Origin: Nitrospirota bacterium
GTDB taxonomy: Bacteria > Nitrospirota > Thermodesulfovibrionia > Thermodesulfovibrionales > Dissulfurispiraceae
Direction of reading: 5' to 3'
Length of the DNA stretch: 64,000 nt
Assembly (NCBI GenBank): GCA_963790025.1
Contig: CAWBMP010000004.1
Span: 768,001 to 832,000 of the forward strand
How positions within the stretch are numbered: position 1 is the stretch's first letter; the number at the start of each line of letters is the position of its first letter. The notes beneath the pieces were generated by a model, which was not told the DNA's origin, ran no database searches, and saw only the letters and a program-made list of their open reading frames with translations. Both the position numbers and the translations under genes were made by a program. This document shows positions 27,728 through 37,812 of this stretch, piece by piece.

Positions 27728-30577
27728 ATGCCTATTGACTATAAAGATACTCTCAATTTACCACTGACAGGCTTCCCAATGAAGGCGAATCTCGGCCAGA
27801 AAGAGCCCGAGATGCTGAAATTCTGGGAAGAGAAATCCATCTACCTGAAGCTCCAGAAAAAGAATGCCCGAAACAAAAAATTTTTACTTCACGACGGTCC
27901 TCCATACGCCAACGGTAATATACACATAGGCCATGCACTGAACAAAATTCTCAAAGATATCATTGTCAAATACAAATCAATGCGGGGCTTTTATTCTCCC
28001 TATGTGCCGGGTTGGGACTGTCACGGCCTTCCCATCGAGCTTCAGGTGGACAAGACCCTCGGCGATAAGAAAAAGGACGCTGTTCAGGACGCGGGCACGC
28101 CGGGAGAAGTTATTGATGAACTGCTCAAGAAAAGACAGCTCTGCAGTGAATACGCAGCGAAGTTCGTCGCCATACAGAAAGAAGAGTTCAAAAGACTGGG
28201 CGTTTTCGGCGACTGGGATACGCCGTATCTTACAATGGCCTACGACTACGAGGCGTCTATAGTAAGAGAATTCTTCAAATTCGTCGAAAAGGGGCTGGTA
28301 TACAAAGGGAAAAAGCCCGTTCATTGGTGCCCCTCCTGTGTAACGGCCCTGGCAGAAGCTGAAGTGGAATACGCCGAAAAAGAATCACCTTCGGTCTTTG
28401 TGCGTTTTCGTGTCGTCGATGGAGATATCAGGAACACGTTACCGCAGTTATCGGGCACTAATGCATACATAGTGATCTGGACTACAACCCCCTGGACCCT
28501 TCCGGCTAACCTCGCTCTTGCTGTTCACCCCGATCTCACCTATGTTGCCGTCCGGGAAGGAGATGACGTCAGTATAGTAGCTGAGGAAAACCTTACGAAA
28601 CTTAAGGAAAAGGGCATTCTTAAAGGCGATGTTATTTTAAAAGTTCCAGGTAGCGCATTAGAGAGGATACGTGCTAAACACCCCTTTATCGACAGGGAAT
28701 CAAAAGTAATTCTCGGTGATTTCGTTACTGCGGAAGAAGGCAGCGGAATCGTCCATATCGCTCCAGGACATGGAGAGGATGACTACACTGCGGGCTTGAG
28801 ATACGGCCTCGATATTTACGCGCCTGTTGACGACAGGGGCAAGTTCACCAAACAGGTCCCGGAATTCGAGGGGCAATTCGTATTTAAGGCGAATGATGGG
28901 ATCATAGAGACTCTCAGGAAAAAAGGTGCACTTCTCGGAGTCGAGAAGATACGGCATTCCTACCCCCATTGCTGGAGATGTAAAAAACCTGTCATTTTCA
29001 GGGCAACGGCACAATGGTTCATATCAATGGAGAAGGGAGACTTAAGAAAGAAAAGCCTTGAAGAGATAGAGAAGACCGAATGGGTGCCTTCGTGGGGAAA
29101 AGACAGAATCTACGGTATGGTCTCCAACAGGCCGGACTGGTGCATTTCCAGGCAGCGGGCATGGGGAGTTCCCATAACTCTCATCACCTGCAATGAGTGT
29201 GGTGCGTTCGTTGAGGACAAAGGACTATTCGACAAAGTAACTGACCTTGTGGAAAAGAACGGCGCCGATATATGGTTTAAGGCGCCGGTTGAGGAGCTCC
29301 TTGGGGCGGGTTTCACCTGCACAAAATGCGGCAGCGCTTCCTTCAATAAAGAAAGGGACATTCTCGATGTCTGGTTCGACTCCGGGGTAAGCCATGCGGC
29401 AGTCCTCGAACGCGACAGCAGGCTCGCATGGCCGGCCCAGATGTACCTGGAGGGCAGCGACCAGCATCGCGGATGGTTCCAGAGCTCTCTGCTGGCATCA
29501 GTTGGAACAAGGGGCTCGGCCCCGTATCAAATTGTTTTGACCCATGGATTCACTGTTGACGGCCAGGGGAAAAAAATGTCGAAATCTCTGGGAAATGTCA
29601 TCGCGCCGCAGGAAATCATTAAAGCCAACGGCGCCGAGATTGTCCGCCTGTGGGTTTCTGCGGAAGACTACCATGATGACATACGGCTCTCAAAAGAAAT
29701 CATCAGCAGACTGACCGAGGCATACAGAAAGATCAGAAACACCGGCCGTTTCCTCCTCGGCACACTCCATGATTTTGACGGAAAGGATTACAGGGATAAT
29801 CTGCTCGAGATCGACAGGTGGGCACTGTCAAGATTGCAGGGACTCATAAAGAAAGTGACCTCGGCATACGAAACATTTGATTTCCACGAGGCGTTCCGCT
29901 CTCTATACCAGTTCTGTATAGTTGACATGAGTGCATTTTATCTGGACATATTGAAGGACCGTCTATATACATTCAAACCCGATTCTCCTGAGCGGCGGGC
30001 GGCACAATGGGTGCTTTACAATATCCTTGTCGACATGACACGCCTCATGGCCCCTGTGTTGTCATTTACCGCTGAAGAGATCTGGAGTTACATTCCTGCA
30101 AGACCGCCCAGCACTCAAATCACTCATGAGCAGCGTGTTGAGTGCTCGGTTTTTTTGTCCGGATTTCCCCTTGTCAATGATGAGTTCATTGATTTGGAAC
30201 TCGAAAAGAGATGGGACAAACTTATAGTAATAAGAAACGAAGCGAACAAGGCACTCGAGATAAAAAGGAAGGAAAAGTTCATCGGCAATGCGCTTGAAGC
30301 AAAGCTTGTACTTTATCCGCCTGAGGAATTTTACCGGCTCTTGCAGGATTACCGCGATTTTCTGCCCGCGCTCTTTATTGTTTCGGACGTAGAACTCCAG
30401 CCTTCAAAACTGCGCACACCCGACACCTCTGAAAGTACCGAAGTAAAAGACCTCTTCATCAAAGTCGAAAAGGCCCAGGGCGAGAAATGCGAGCGGTGCT
30501 GGAACCGGAGACTTACGGTAGGCAATTTCAAAGAGCATCCCCATATATGTGAACAGTGCTTTAATGCCATAACATGA
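27728..30577 (+). CDS. ileS: isoleucine--tRNA ligase (type 1)
   Basis: HIGH, GWDCHGLP, WTTTPWT, DWCISRQR, KMSKS, C-terminal CERC...CEQC zinc finger. Confidence 0.98.
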   Translation: MPIDYKDTLNLPLTGFPMKANLGQKEPEMLKFWEEKSIYLKLQKKNARNKKFLLHDGPPYANGNIHIGHALNKILKDIIVKYKSMRGFYSPYVPGWDCHGLPIELQVDKTLGDKKKDAVQDAGTPGEVIDELLKKRQLCSEYAAKFVAIQKEEFKRLGVFGDWDTPYLTMAYDYEASIVREFFKFVEKGLVYKGKKPVHWCPSCVTALAEAEVEYAEKESPSVFVRFRVVDGDIRNTLPQLSGTNAYIVIWTTTPWTLPANLALAVHPDLTYVAVREGDDVSIVAEENLTKLKEKGILKGDVILKVPGSALERIRAKHPFIDRESKVILGDFVTAEEGSGIVHIAPGHGEDDYTAGLRYGLDIYAPVDDRGKFTKQVPEFEGQFVFKANDGIIETLRKKGALLGVEKIRHSYPHCWRCKKPVIFRATAQWFISMEKGDLRKKSLEEIEKTEWVPSWGKDRIYGMVSNRPDWCISRQRAWGVPITLITCNECGAFVEDKGLFDKVTDLVEKNGADIWFKAPVEELLGAGFTCTKCGSASFNKERDILDVWFDSGVSHAAVLERDSRLAWPAQMYLEGSDQHRGWFQSSLLASVGTRGSAPYQIVLTHGFTVDGQGKKMSKSLGNVIAPQEIIKANGAEIVRLWVSAEDYHDDIRLSKEIISRLTEAYRKIRNTGRFLLGTLHDFDGKDYRDNLLEIDRWALSRLQGLIKKVTSAYETFDFHEAFRSLYQFCIVDMSAFYLDILKDRLYTFKPDSPERRAAQWVLYNILVDMTRLMAPVLSFTAEEIWSYIPARPPSTQITHEQRVECSVFLSGFPLVNDEFIDLELEKRWDKLIVIRNEANKALEIKRKEKFIGNALEAKLVLYPPEEFYRLLQDYRDFLPALFIVSDVELQPSKLRTPDTSESTEVKDLFIKVEKAQGEKCERCWNRRLTVGNFKEHPHICEQCFNAIT

Positions 30578-31035
30578 AGAAAAATATTGTTATCTATCTT
30601 CTTATTTCCCTCTTCATATTTGTCCTGGACCAGATCACAAAGTATTTTATAAAAGCTAATGTGGGTCTTTTTGACAGCATACCGGTAACATCTTTTTTCA
30701 ATATTGTTCACATCCGGAACACCGGCTCCGCCTTCGGGATGTTCAAGGGTCTCGGCAACTCTTTTTTTATTATTATCGCCCTATTGGCGATGGCATTAGT
30801 GACCTACCTCATTATCAAAGATAGCCGCAACAGGCTTCCATTCGCTCTCATTCTGGGCGGCGCCCTCGGAAATCTGGCTGATAGAATTATCTTCAGGCAT
30901 GTAACCGACTTCCTGGATTTTTATATCGGCAGCCACCACTGGCCGTCCTTTAATGTTGCCGATTCGGCGCTCACCATAGGCATTTCGCTGCTGTTCATTA
31001 CAATGATATTTGAAAAAAAAGCGGATAAAACATAA
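30574..31035 (+). CDS. lspA: lipoprotein signal peptidase
   Basis: DQITK, NTGSAFG, GALGNLADR, VTDFLD, FNVAD; ATGA overlap with ileS. Confidence 0.96.
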   Translation: MKKNIVIYLLISLFIFVLDQITKYFIKANVGLFDSIPVTSFFNIVHIRNTGSAFGMFKGLGNSFFIIIALLAMALVTYLIIKDSRNRLPFALILGGALGNLADRIIFRHVTDFLDFYIGSHHWPSFNVADSALTIGISLLFITMIFEKKADKT

Positions 31036-31051
31036 AACCGAAGAAAGACCA

Positions 31052-31233
31052 ATAACCACAGCCAGCAGTAGGGGCCTTAAGCCGGACACAGAGAACACAG
31101 AGAAAGAAAAAAATAATAAAATAAAGGGACAGTTTGTTGCTCTGCATGTTTTGTGTGGTTTTGACTTTAATAATATTCAATTTTTCCTCTGTGTCTCTGT
31201 GATCAAACTTTTCTCTGTGTACTCAGTGGTTAA
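31052..31233. repeat. second CACAGAG-type inverted-repeat element
   Basis: taaccacag...gacacagagaacacagag ... ctctgtgtctctgtg...ctctgtgtactcagtggttaa; same gtggttaa end as 18541-18670. Confidence 0.7.
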
Positions 31234-33854
31234 TTTTTGACAATGCCGGGCTTCGGGTCACGACGCTGGAATGTGTAGTTTCCATTGAAAAACTCATCCA
31301 CGTACCAGTTGATCTGTCCTTCATCGGAAAGAACCATGTCGAGCAGCCGCACCGCGCCAAGAAGCCTGCCGATCATATCCAGCTTCTCTTGTATCAATTC
31401 GCACTCATATTTCTTGATCTCTCCCCGTATCATGTCGCCCCTGATTTCGGTCTTCAGCCCGAGCCGCTTAAGTATGTTGGCGATGAGCTGCGCCCTTCTT
31501 GATCTACGCCCGATATCAGCAGCGCCACCCTTGAAAGAGAAGGTGATGTAGTTGTCATTGACCTTGGACCCGCAGTATGCGTCCACAACCGCGAAGTGGT
31601 AGCCGAGGCGCGAGTTGAAGTTCAGGTATTCGCCGGATATGATTACATAGGTGGGGCCGCCGAAGCTGCTGTCCACTGAAGGATCAGGGTTGTAGAGCAT
31701 GGAATTGGCGATAACCGACATCAACCCCCCCAGGTTGGTTTCGACCGGTCCGACCCATCGCACATCAGGGTGGGTCATCCCCCGGAGCAGACCCTGCAAA
31801 GGCGCCGAAACTATGTCATCGATTCCGGCCACGGTCTGTTTCTCCTTCATATTCAGACCACCTCCAAGATCCACAGCGAGCATATGCATCGGCAATGGGA
31901 CCTTAATCCGGACGGAAAACCCCTGGTCTACTTCAAGGACATCACTTATCCTGAACATCTCCCGCATGGCCATCTCGTGGGCAAAACGTATGACATCATG
32001 GAGCGTTTGGCAACCCTGGGGTGAAAAGTTTTGGTCTTTCGGGTCCAGCAGATGCAGGACTGCAATTTTCTTCAATGCGGAATGGGCCGCTTTGTAAATC
32101 GGACTGTCCTTCATGGGATTTGTCGGTTTCTTCCTTTCGAGAATGCTCTTGACGCGTCCTTTGAAGATCAGGCTGTTGGTTGCGTCCACTGTGATTTCCT
32201 CACCATGGGGAATGACCTTGGTCGCGTTGCCGGTGCCGACCAGGGTCGGCACCGAGAATTCTCTTGCCACCGACGCCATGTGTCCGGTCACGCTCCCGAC
32301 ATCGGTGACAATGGCCTGCACCCTCCCGAGGATCGAGACATAGCGCGGGGAAGTCTCGGGAGCGATAAGGATCACCCCTTCGGGGATATTCAAAAGGTTG
32401 TGCTCCGAATTGAGCACGTACGACAGGCCGCAGGCCTTACCCCTGGATGCGGTCATTCCGCCTTGAAGCAGGACCTTGTTACGCGGGAATTTTTTTCTGA
32501 GAGTTGCAGTCTCCAGGCCATGATTTGCATCCTCACTCTGAGCAGACACAAGTTTCAGATTCAACGGCCTTGCCTGCAGCAGTACCACTTTATCATCACG
32601 GCGCCTCATAGCCCATTCGATGTCAAGAGGCACCCCGTAGTGCTCCTCCAGTGTGAGACCGTATTCCACCAGTAACATGAGCTGTTCGCGATCAAGACAC
32701 GGTTGCGTCCGAAGCTCTTGATCAACAGGGACTACTTCTATGCCCGCCTCTTCCCCAAGGGCCAGCATGGTATTTTTTTCAGCCGTTCTCGCAGTCAATA
32801 TCTGCCTGTGCCCCTTCTCCACCTCGTAAAAGTCCGTTGCCGACGAGCCGTCCACGGCCCCCGCCAGTCCCCATACAGCATTGATCAGGATTACGTCCCT
32901 CCGATGGTCGTTCGGGTCCCTCGTGTACATTACACCGCTAGCCTTCGCGCGCACCATGCCAAGGCACAGGACGCTCATGACCACGCATTCATCGGGATAT
33001 CCCTTGCCGCGGCGGTAGTAAATGGCAGTTGGATTGAAGGTGCTTGCTACGACTTCCTTATAAGCCCTCACAACGTTTTCCCTGTTTACCCCCAACACCG
33101 AGGAGTGCTGTCCTGCAAAGCTCGCTTCGGAATCTTCGCCCGTGGCGCTGCTTCGGACGGCGAGTCGGACTCCCGGCCCCAACTTATTCATCAGTGTATC
33201 CACTTCGGCCAGCATGCTCGTCTCCAGGTCAGGGGGAAGCGGCGCCTGCAGAATGCGTTCTTGTATTTTCCGGCTGCATGCGAGCAGCCATTCAGTGTTG
33301 TCCACGTCCAGGCCCTTCAGGAGCTTTTCGGATTCTGCGTATAGATTGTTGGAACTCATAAAATAATGGCAGGCGTATGCCGTGACCGCGAATCCAGGCG
33401 GGACCGGAAGGTGGACCCTGTTGGCAATCTCGCCCAGATTGGCCGCTTTACCGCCCACTTCAGAGATTTGCTCCAGACTCAGATATTGAAGCGGTATAGT
33501 GAGACCGGTTTTTTCGACCGTTCTTTTTTTCGCCAGGTCCTGCAGAATGTTAGCACCTATTCTTTCTGCAGAGTCCAACAGTTCCCCATATTTTCCGCCT
33601 GACATTGCGTTCAGTTCGCCGGCGATATTGCGCGTCTGCGAGAGAAGACGTTCCGTCTGATCGTAAATGGTATCCATAGAGAAAGGCTTGGTTCCGTAAC
33701 ATATCTGTTCGAGGTCGGTGATGATCTGCAATGCATGATTATTTCCAGCCAGAAGGTTTTGGAAATGCCCGTACTTCTCCTGGAAAGCAGTATTCCTTTC
33801 TTCACTGCTGTGAAAGAGTTTCGTCTTCCGCAGCATCTCCAAAAACTTCAGCAT
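31230..33854 (-). CDS. PEP/pyruvate-binding domain protein (pyruvate,water dikinase-like)
   Basis: GGKAANLG, AVRSSATGED, FAGQH, DIEWA, LQARP, phospho-His domain GSVTGHMASVAREF. Confidence 0.85.
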   Translation of the reverse strand: MLKFLEMLRKTKLFHSSEERNTAFQEKYGHFQNLLAGNNHALQIITDLEQICYGTKPFSMDTIYDQTERLLSQTRNIAGELNAMSGGKYGELLDSAERIGANILQDLAKKRTVEKTGLTIPLQYLSLEQISEVGGKAANLGEIANRVHLPVPPGFAVTAYACHYFMSSNNLYAESEKLLKGLDVDNTEWLLACSRKIQERILQAPLPPDLETSMLAEVDTLMNKLGPGVRLAVRSSATGEDSEASFAGQHSSVLGVNRENVVRAYKEVVASTFNPTAIYYRRGKGYPDECVVMSVLCLGMVRAKASGVMYTRDPNDHRRDVILINAVWGLAGAVDGSSATDFYEVEKGHRQILTARTAEKNTMLALGEEAGIEVVPVDQELRTQPCLDREQLMLLVEYGLTLEEHYGVPLDIEWAMRRRDDKVVLLQARPLNLKLVSAQSEDANHGLETATLRKKFPRNKVLLQGGMTASRGKACGLSYVLNSEHNLLNIPEGVILIAPETSPRYVSILGRVQAIVTDVGSVTGHMASVAREFSVPTLVGTGNATKVIPHGEEITVDATNSLIFKGRVKSILERKKPTNPMKDSPIYKAAHSALKKIAVLHLLDPKDQNFSPQGCQTLHDVIRFAHEMAMREMFRISDVLEVDQGFSVRIKVPLPMHMLAVDLGGGLNMKEKQTVAGIDDIVSAPLQGLLRGMTHPDVRWVGPVETNLGGLMSVIANSMLYNPDPSVDSSFGGPTYVIISGEYLNFNSRLGYHFAVVDAYCGSKVNDNYITFSFKGGAADIGRRSRRAQLIANILKRLGLKTEIRGDMIRGEIKKYECELIQEKLDMIGRLLGAVRLLDMVLSDEGQINWYVDEFFNGNYTFQRRDPKPGIVKN

Positions 33855-33986
33855 TTCACCCTCCGACTGTCATACGGCCGTGCAACACAATATTTATGAA
33901 CTTAAGCACTTAGCCATAATAACATGGAAAAAAGGATTTTACATACTCAATGCGAGGGCAGGTTTTCCGAGTAATGCTACAGTTTT

Positions 33987-34015
33987 TTGCAAAAAATGAA
34001 ATAAAATAGTAAACT
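33987..34015 (+). promoter_or_regulatory. sigma70 promoter of the TPR gene, likely leaderless
   Basis: TTGCAA-17-TAAACT, ATG 7 nt downstream, no SD. Confidence 0.5.
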
Positions 34016-34022
34016 GTTGTAA

Positions 34023-34466
34023 ATGCAGACTATCGTAGCGGAAGAATTATTTAAGAAAGGGTTGGAAGCGCTGGCCCAGGGCAGAATGCTTCCTGCGCTC
34101 GCCAGTTTTGAAAAAGCCCTGGAGCTTGAAGATAATCCGGCCTTCTATTCTTATTTAGCCTTATGTATCGCAAAGGAACGGGGACAAGTGAAGAAAGCAA
34201 TATCTCTTTGCGAAGAGGCGCTGAAGAAAGATGCTGACAACACATCACACTACCTCAACCTCGGCAAAATACTCCTCAACGCCGGCAACCAGGATGATGC
34301 GATTCGGGTGTTCAGGGGAGGCCTTAAACACGGGACCGACCCCCGGATAATAGATGAACTGCATAGGCTCGGCACGAGAAAACCTCCGGTCATGACCTTT
34401 TTAAATAGAAACAATCCGATCAATAAATATCTCGGCTTCATTTTCAAAATACTGAAGCTTAGGTGA
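34023..34466 (+). CDS. tetratricopeptide repeat protein
   Basis: ALASFEKALEL, YLNLGKILL..G...AIRVF, C-terminal LGTRKPPV...RNNPINKYLG. Confidence 0.8.
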   Translation: MQTIVAEELFKKGLEALAQGRMLPALASFEKALELEDNPAFYSYLALCIAKERGQVKKAISLCEEALKKDADNTSHYLNLGKILLNAGNQDDAIRVFRGGLKHGTDPRIIDELHRLGTRKPPVMTFLNRNNPINKYLGFIFKILKLR

Positions 34467-34479
34467 CCAGCTGCAGTTG

Positions 34480-34508
34480 TTGACTGCATTATTTTCTCAT
34501 GATATGAT
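34480..34508 (+). promoter_or_regulatory. sigma70 promoter of pdhA, likely leaderless
   Basis: TTGACT-17-(TGa)TATGAT, ATG 6 nt downstream, no SD. Confidence 0.65.
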
Positions 34509-34514
34509 TTACCC

Positions 34515-35570
34515 ATGTCTGAAAAAACTATAGAGTCAATAAGCGTCAATAGGCTCGAAATCCTCGATGAGAAAGGTGTTGCGGACACTTCGCTCATGCC
34601 TGCTTTGTCCGACGCCGAGATAAAGAAGATGTATGAATTGCTCGTCCTTGCAAGGATATTTGACGAGCGGGCCCTGAACATGCAGAGGGAAGGCAGGATA
34701 GGTACATATGCACCTATTCTGGGGCAGGAGGCTTCCCAGATCGGGAGCGCATGCGCCCTCGAAAAATCAGATTGGATATTCCCGTCATTCAGGGAGATGG
34801 GCGTTTATATAGCAGTGGGTTATCCTCTTCACATGCTTTTTCAGTACTGGGCCGGAGATGAAAGGGGGCTGATTACGCCGGCAGACTTAAATATCTTCCC
34901 CATATGCATCCCCGTGGGAACTCATATACCTCATGCAGCCGGAGCTGCCTTTGCAGCAAAGTACAAGGGAGATAAAATAGCTGTTGCCGCATATTTCGGG
35001 GACGGCGGCACATCAAAGGGCGATTTTCATGAGGCATTCAATATAGCGGGTGTATTCAAAGTCCCTGCTGTCTTTATCTGCCAGAACAATCAATGGGCAA
35101 TATCAGTGCCGAGAGCGAAACAGTCCGCAGCAAAAACCCTTGCTCAAAAGGCATACGCCTATGGCTTTGAAGGCATACAGGTGGACGGCAATGACATCTT
35201 TGCCGTTTATAAGGCAACAAAAGATGCAATAGAAAAAGCAAAACGAGGCAGCGGTCCGACCTTTATTGAATGCTTCACCTACAGGATGTCGCATCATACA
35301 ACGGCAGACGATGCTACGAGATACAGAAAGGAAGAGGAAGTTGAGTCATGGAAAGCTAAGGACCCGCTGTTAAGATTGATATTATTCATGGAAACAAAAG
35401 GGTTATGGACAGAGCAGTATAAGAAAGAGGTGGAAGATAAATCAAAAATTCTTGTGGACGATGCCGTTAAAAAGGCTGAATCAATAGAACCTTCGTTTCC
35501 GGGGGACATGCTTACTTATACCTGCGACAAGCTGACACCCAGGCAGACAAAGCAGATAAGGGATTTCTGA
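34515..35570 (+). CDS. pdhA: pyruvate/2-oxoacid dehydrogenase E1 alpha
   Basis: QREGRIGTY, GQEA, FGDGGTSKGDFHEA...CQNNQWAIS TPP motif, HTTADD. Confidence 0.92.
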   Translation: MSEKTIESISVNRLEILDEKGVADTSLMPALSDAEIKKMYELLVLARIFDERALNMQREGRIGTYAPILGQEASQIGSACALEKSDWIFPSFREMGVYIAVGYPLHMLFQYWAGDERGLITPADLNIFPICIPVGTHIPHAAGAAFAAKYKGDKIAVAAYFGDGGTSKGDFHEAFNIAGVFKVPAVFICQNNQWAISVPRAKQSAAKTLAQKAYAYGFEGIQVDGNDIFAVYKATKDAIEKAKRGSGPTFIECFTYRMSHHTTADDATRYRKEEEVESWKAKDPLLRLILFMETKGLWTEQYKKEVEDKSKILVDDAVKKAESIEPSFPGDMLTYTCDKLTPRQTKQIRDF

Positions 35571-35571
35571 T

Positions 35572-36546
35572 ATGCCGGGGAACTCAAAAAAAATCAATAT
35601 GGTTCAGGCAATAAACCTTGCGCTCCGGGAAGAGATGCAAAGGGATAAAAACGTTGTCATACTCGGAGAGGATGTCGGCGTAGACGGGGGCGTGTTCCGC
35701 GTTACGGACGGCCTGCTGAAAGAGTTCGGCGCCGAAAGAATTGTGGACACACCCCTTGCAGAATCCGGCATCGCCGGCATTGCCATAGGAATGGCCATAT
35801 ACGGATTAAGACCCGTTGCGGAAATACAATTTATGGGTTTTATCTATGCTGCTGTAGAACAGATATACTCTCATGCGGCAAGGATTCGCTCGCGCTCCCG
35901 GGGGAGATACACCTGCCCAATTGTAATTAGGACCCCTTATGGCGCTGGGATAAAGCCACCGGAACTCCATTCCGAAAGTGCAGAGGCGTTGTTCTGCCAC
36001 ATGCCGGGGATAAAGGTCGTTGTGCCGTCAACGCCTTACAATGCAAAAGGTCTGTTGATCTCATCCATACGGGACCCTGATCCCGTGATATTCCTTGAGT
36101 CAACAAGACTCTATCGCCTCATAAAAGAAGAGGTGCCGGAAGGCGATTATACCATTCCTCTCGGCAAGGCACGAATAGTCCAGGAAGGCAAAGACATTAC
36201 GGTTATTGCATGGGGCAGCATGCTCCACAGGGCGCTTCAGGCAGCGGAAGGCTTTGACGCAGAGGTGGTAGATTTAATGACATTGAGCCCCTTTGATGAG
36301 GAAACAATATTCAGGTCAGTGAAAAAAACAGGCAGGGTTGTGATCGTGCACGAAGCGCCTAAAACATCCGGGTTTGGCGCGGAAATCTCGGCAACAATTG
36401 CAGAAGATGCAATGTTCTATATGAAGGCGCCTATAATGAGGGTCACAGGCTATGATGCTATTGTGCCCCTCCCCAAACTCGAGGACTTCTATATGCCTTC
36501 CATAGCACGAATAAAAAAGGCCCTCGAAGAAGTAATGAAATACTAA
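35572..36546 (+). CDS. pdhB: pyruvate/2-oxoacid dehydrogenase E1 beta
   Basis: GEDVGVDGGVFRVT, DTPLAESG, AEIQF, LHSES, DPDPVIF. Confidence 0.92.
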   Translation: MPGNSKKINMVQAINLALREEMQRDKNVVILGEDVGVDGGVFRVTDGLLKEFGAERIVDTPLAESGIAGIAIGMAIYGLRPVAEIQFMGFIYAAVEQIYSHAARIRSRSRGRYTCPIVIRTPYGAGIKPPELHSESAEALFCHMPGIKVVVPSTPYNAKGLLISSIRDPDPVIFLESTRLYRLIKEEVPEGDYTIPLGKARIVQEGKDITVIAWGSMLHRALQAAEGFDAEVVDLMTLSPFDEETIFRSVKKTGRVVIVHEAPKTSGFGAEISATIAEDAMFYMKAPIMRVTGYDAIVPLPKLEDFYMPSIARIKKALEEVMKY

Positions 36547-36547
36547 C

Positions 36548-36584
36548 AAGGCTAAAGGCACCCTTAACCCTTTGCCTTTTGCCC
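36548..36584. repeat. heptamer (AAGGCTA-like) tandem/inverted repeat at pdhB-pdhC junction
   Basis: aaggcta aaggc ... cccttaa ccctttg ccttttg ccc. Confidence 0.5.
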
Positions 36585-36609
36585 ATCTTTTATTTATTGG
36601 AGGTTTGTC

Positions 36610-37812
36610 GTGCCATTCGATTTTAAATTACCGGACCTGGGTGAAGGCATAACAGAGGGGGAGATAAGAAAATGGCTTGTTAAGGAAGGCGATTCCGTGG
36701 AGGAGCACCAGAACGTACTTGAGATAGAGACAGACAAGGCAATCGTCGAAGTCCCTTCTCCCAAGGCTGGAAGGATAGTGAAAATCAACACGGGAGAGGG
36801 AGACACAGCAAAGGTCGGCGACGTACTGATGTCCATTGCGGAAAAAGGCGAAGCTATAGAGGAAAAAGCTAAAGTTGCGCCCACTCCTCAAGAGCGGCCG
36901 AAATCGGTATCTGTTGTCGGTGTCCTTCCGGAAGCAGAAGAGGAAGAGGAAAAAGATGAGGTGCTTGCAGCGCCTGCTGCGCGCGCTATTGCGAAGGAAA
37001 TGGGAATAGAAATCGAGTCAGTCCTGGGTACGGGTCCTGGCGGAAGCGTCATGCCCGAGGATGTCAGAAATGCTGCCGGAGCTGCACAAAAAACAGAGGA
37101 CCGCTATGGGCCTTCCGAAAGAGTTCCATTGAGAGGCTTGCGGAAGACTATTGCTAAAAACCTCATTACCGCCCAGAAAACCACCGCGTTTGTCACAGGA
37201 ATGGAAGAGGCCGATGTTACAGAGTTGTGGGACCTCAGGGAACGTGAGAAAAAAGCGATGCTTGAAAAGGGAGTTCACCTTACCCTCCTTCCTTTTGTCA
37301 TCAAGGCAGTGCACCATGCCCTCGGGGAACACCCTATGCTCAACGCCTCGATTGACGACGAGAAGGATGAGATCATTATCAAAAAGTACTATAACATTGG
37401 TATTGCTGTCGATACCCCCGAAGGTCTTATGGTCCCGGTAATACAGGGGGCTGACAAAAAAACTATCCTCGATCTTTCTCTTGAAATTCAGTCGTTGAGC
37501 GTAAAAGCACGGGACCGAAAAATAAAAATAGAAGAGATGAAAGGGGGCACCTTCACAATTACGAATTATGGACACTTCGGCGGGACCTTTGCGACCCCAA
37601 TAATCAACTATCCCGAGGTCGCCATTCTCGGGACAGGAAGAGTTTCAGAGAAACCGTGGGTCAAGGGCGGCAGCATCGTTATAAGAAGAATTCTCCCACT
37701 GTCTTTGACCTTCGATCATAGGGTGACTGACGGCGTTGATGCGTCACGGTTCCTCAACAGGGTCGTCACGTATCTCGAAGACCCGGCATTACTTTTCATA
37801 GAGAGTGCATGA
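36610..37812 (+). CDS. pdhC: dihydrolipoamide acyltransferase E2 (one lipoyl domain)
   Basis: LPDLGEG, ETDKA lipoyl Lys, PSBD GTGPGG, FDHRVTDG catalytic motif; GTG start with SD GGAGG. Confidence 0.92.
   Translation: MPFDFKLPDLGEGITEGEIRKWLVKEGDSVEEHQNVLEIETDKAIVEVPSPKAGRIVKINTGEGDTAKVGDVLMSIAEKGEAIEEKAKVAPTPQERPKSVSVVGVLPEAEEEEEKDEVLAAPAARAIAKEMGIEIESVLGTGPGGSVMPEDVRNAAGAAQKTEDRYGPSERVPLRGLRKTIAKNLITAQKTTAFVTGMEEADVTELWDLREREKKAMLEKGVHLTLLPFVIKAVHHALGEHPMLNASIDDEKDEIIIKKYYNIGIAVDTPEGLMVPVIQGADKKTILDLSLEIQSLSVKARDRKIKIEEMKGGTFTITNYGHFGGTFATPIINYPEVAILGTGRVSEKPWVKGGSIVIRRILPLSLTFDHRVTDGVDASRFLNRVVTYLEDPALLFIESA

Noticed and set aside
31010..31240. 76-aa and 60-aa ORFs after lspA
   Set aside because: Translations of the CACAGAG repeat element (DTENTEK, LCVSV, SVYSVV).
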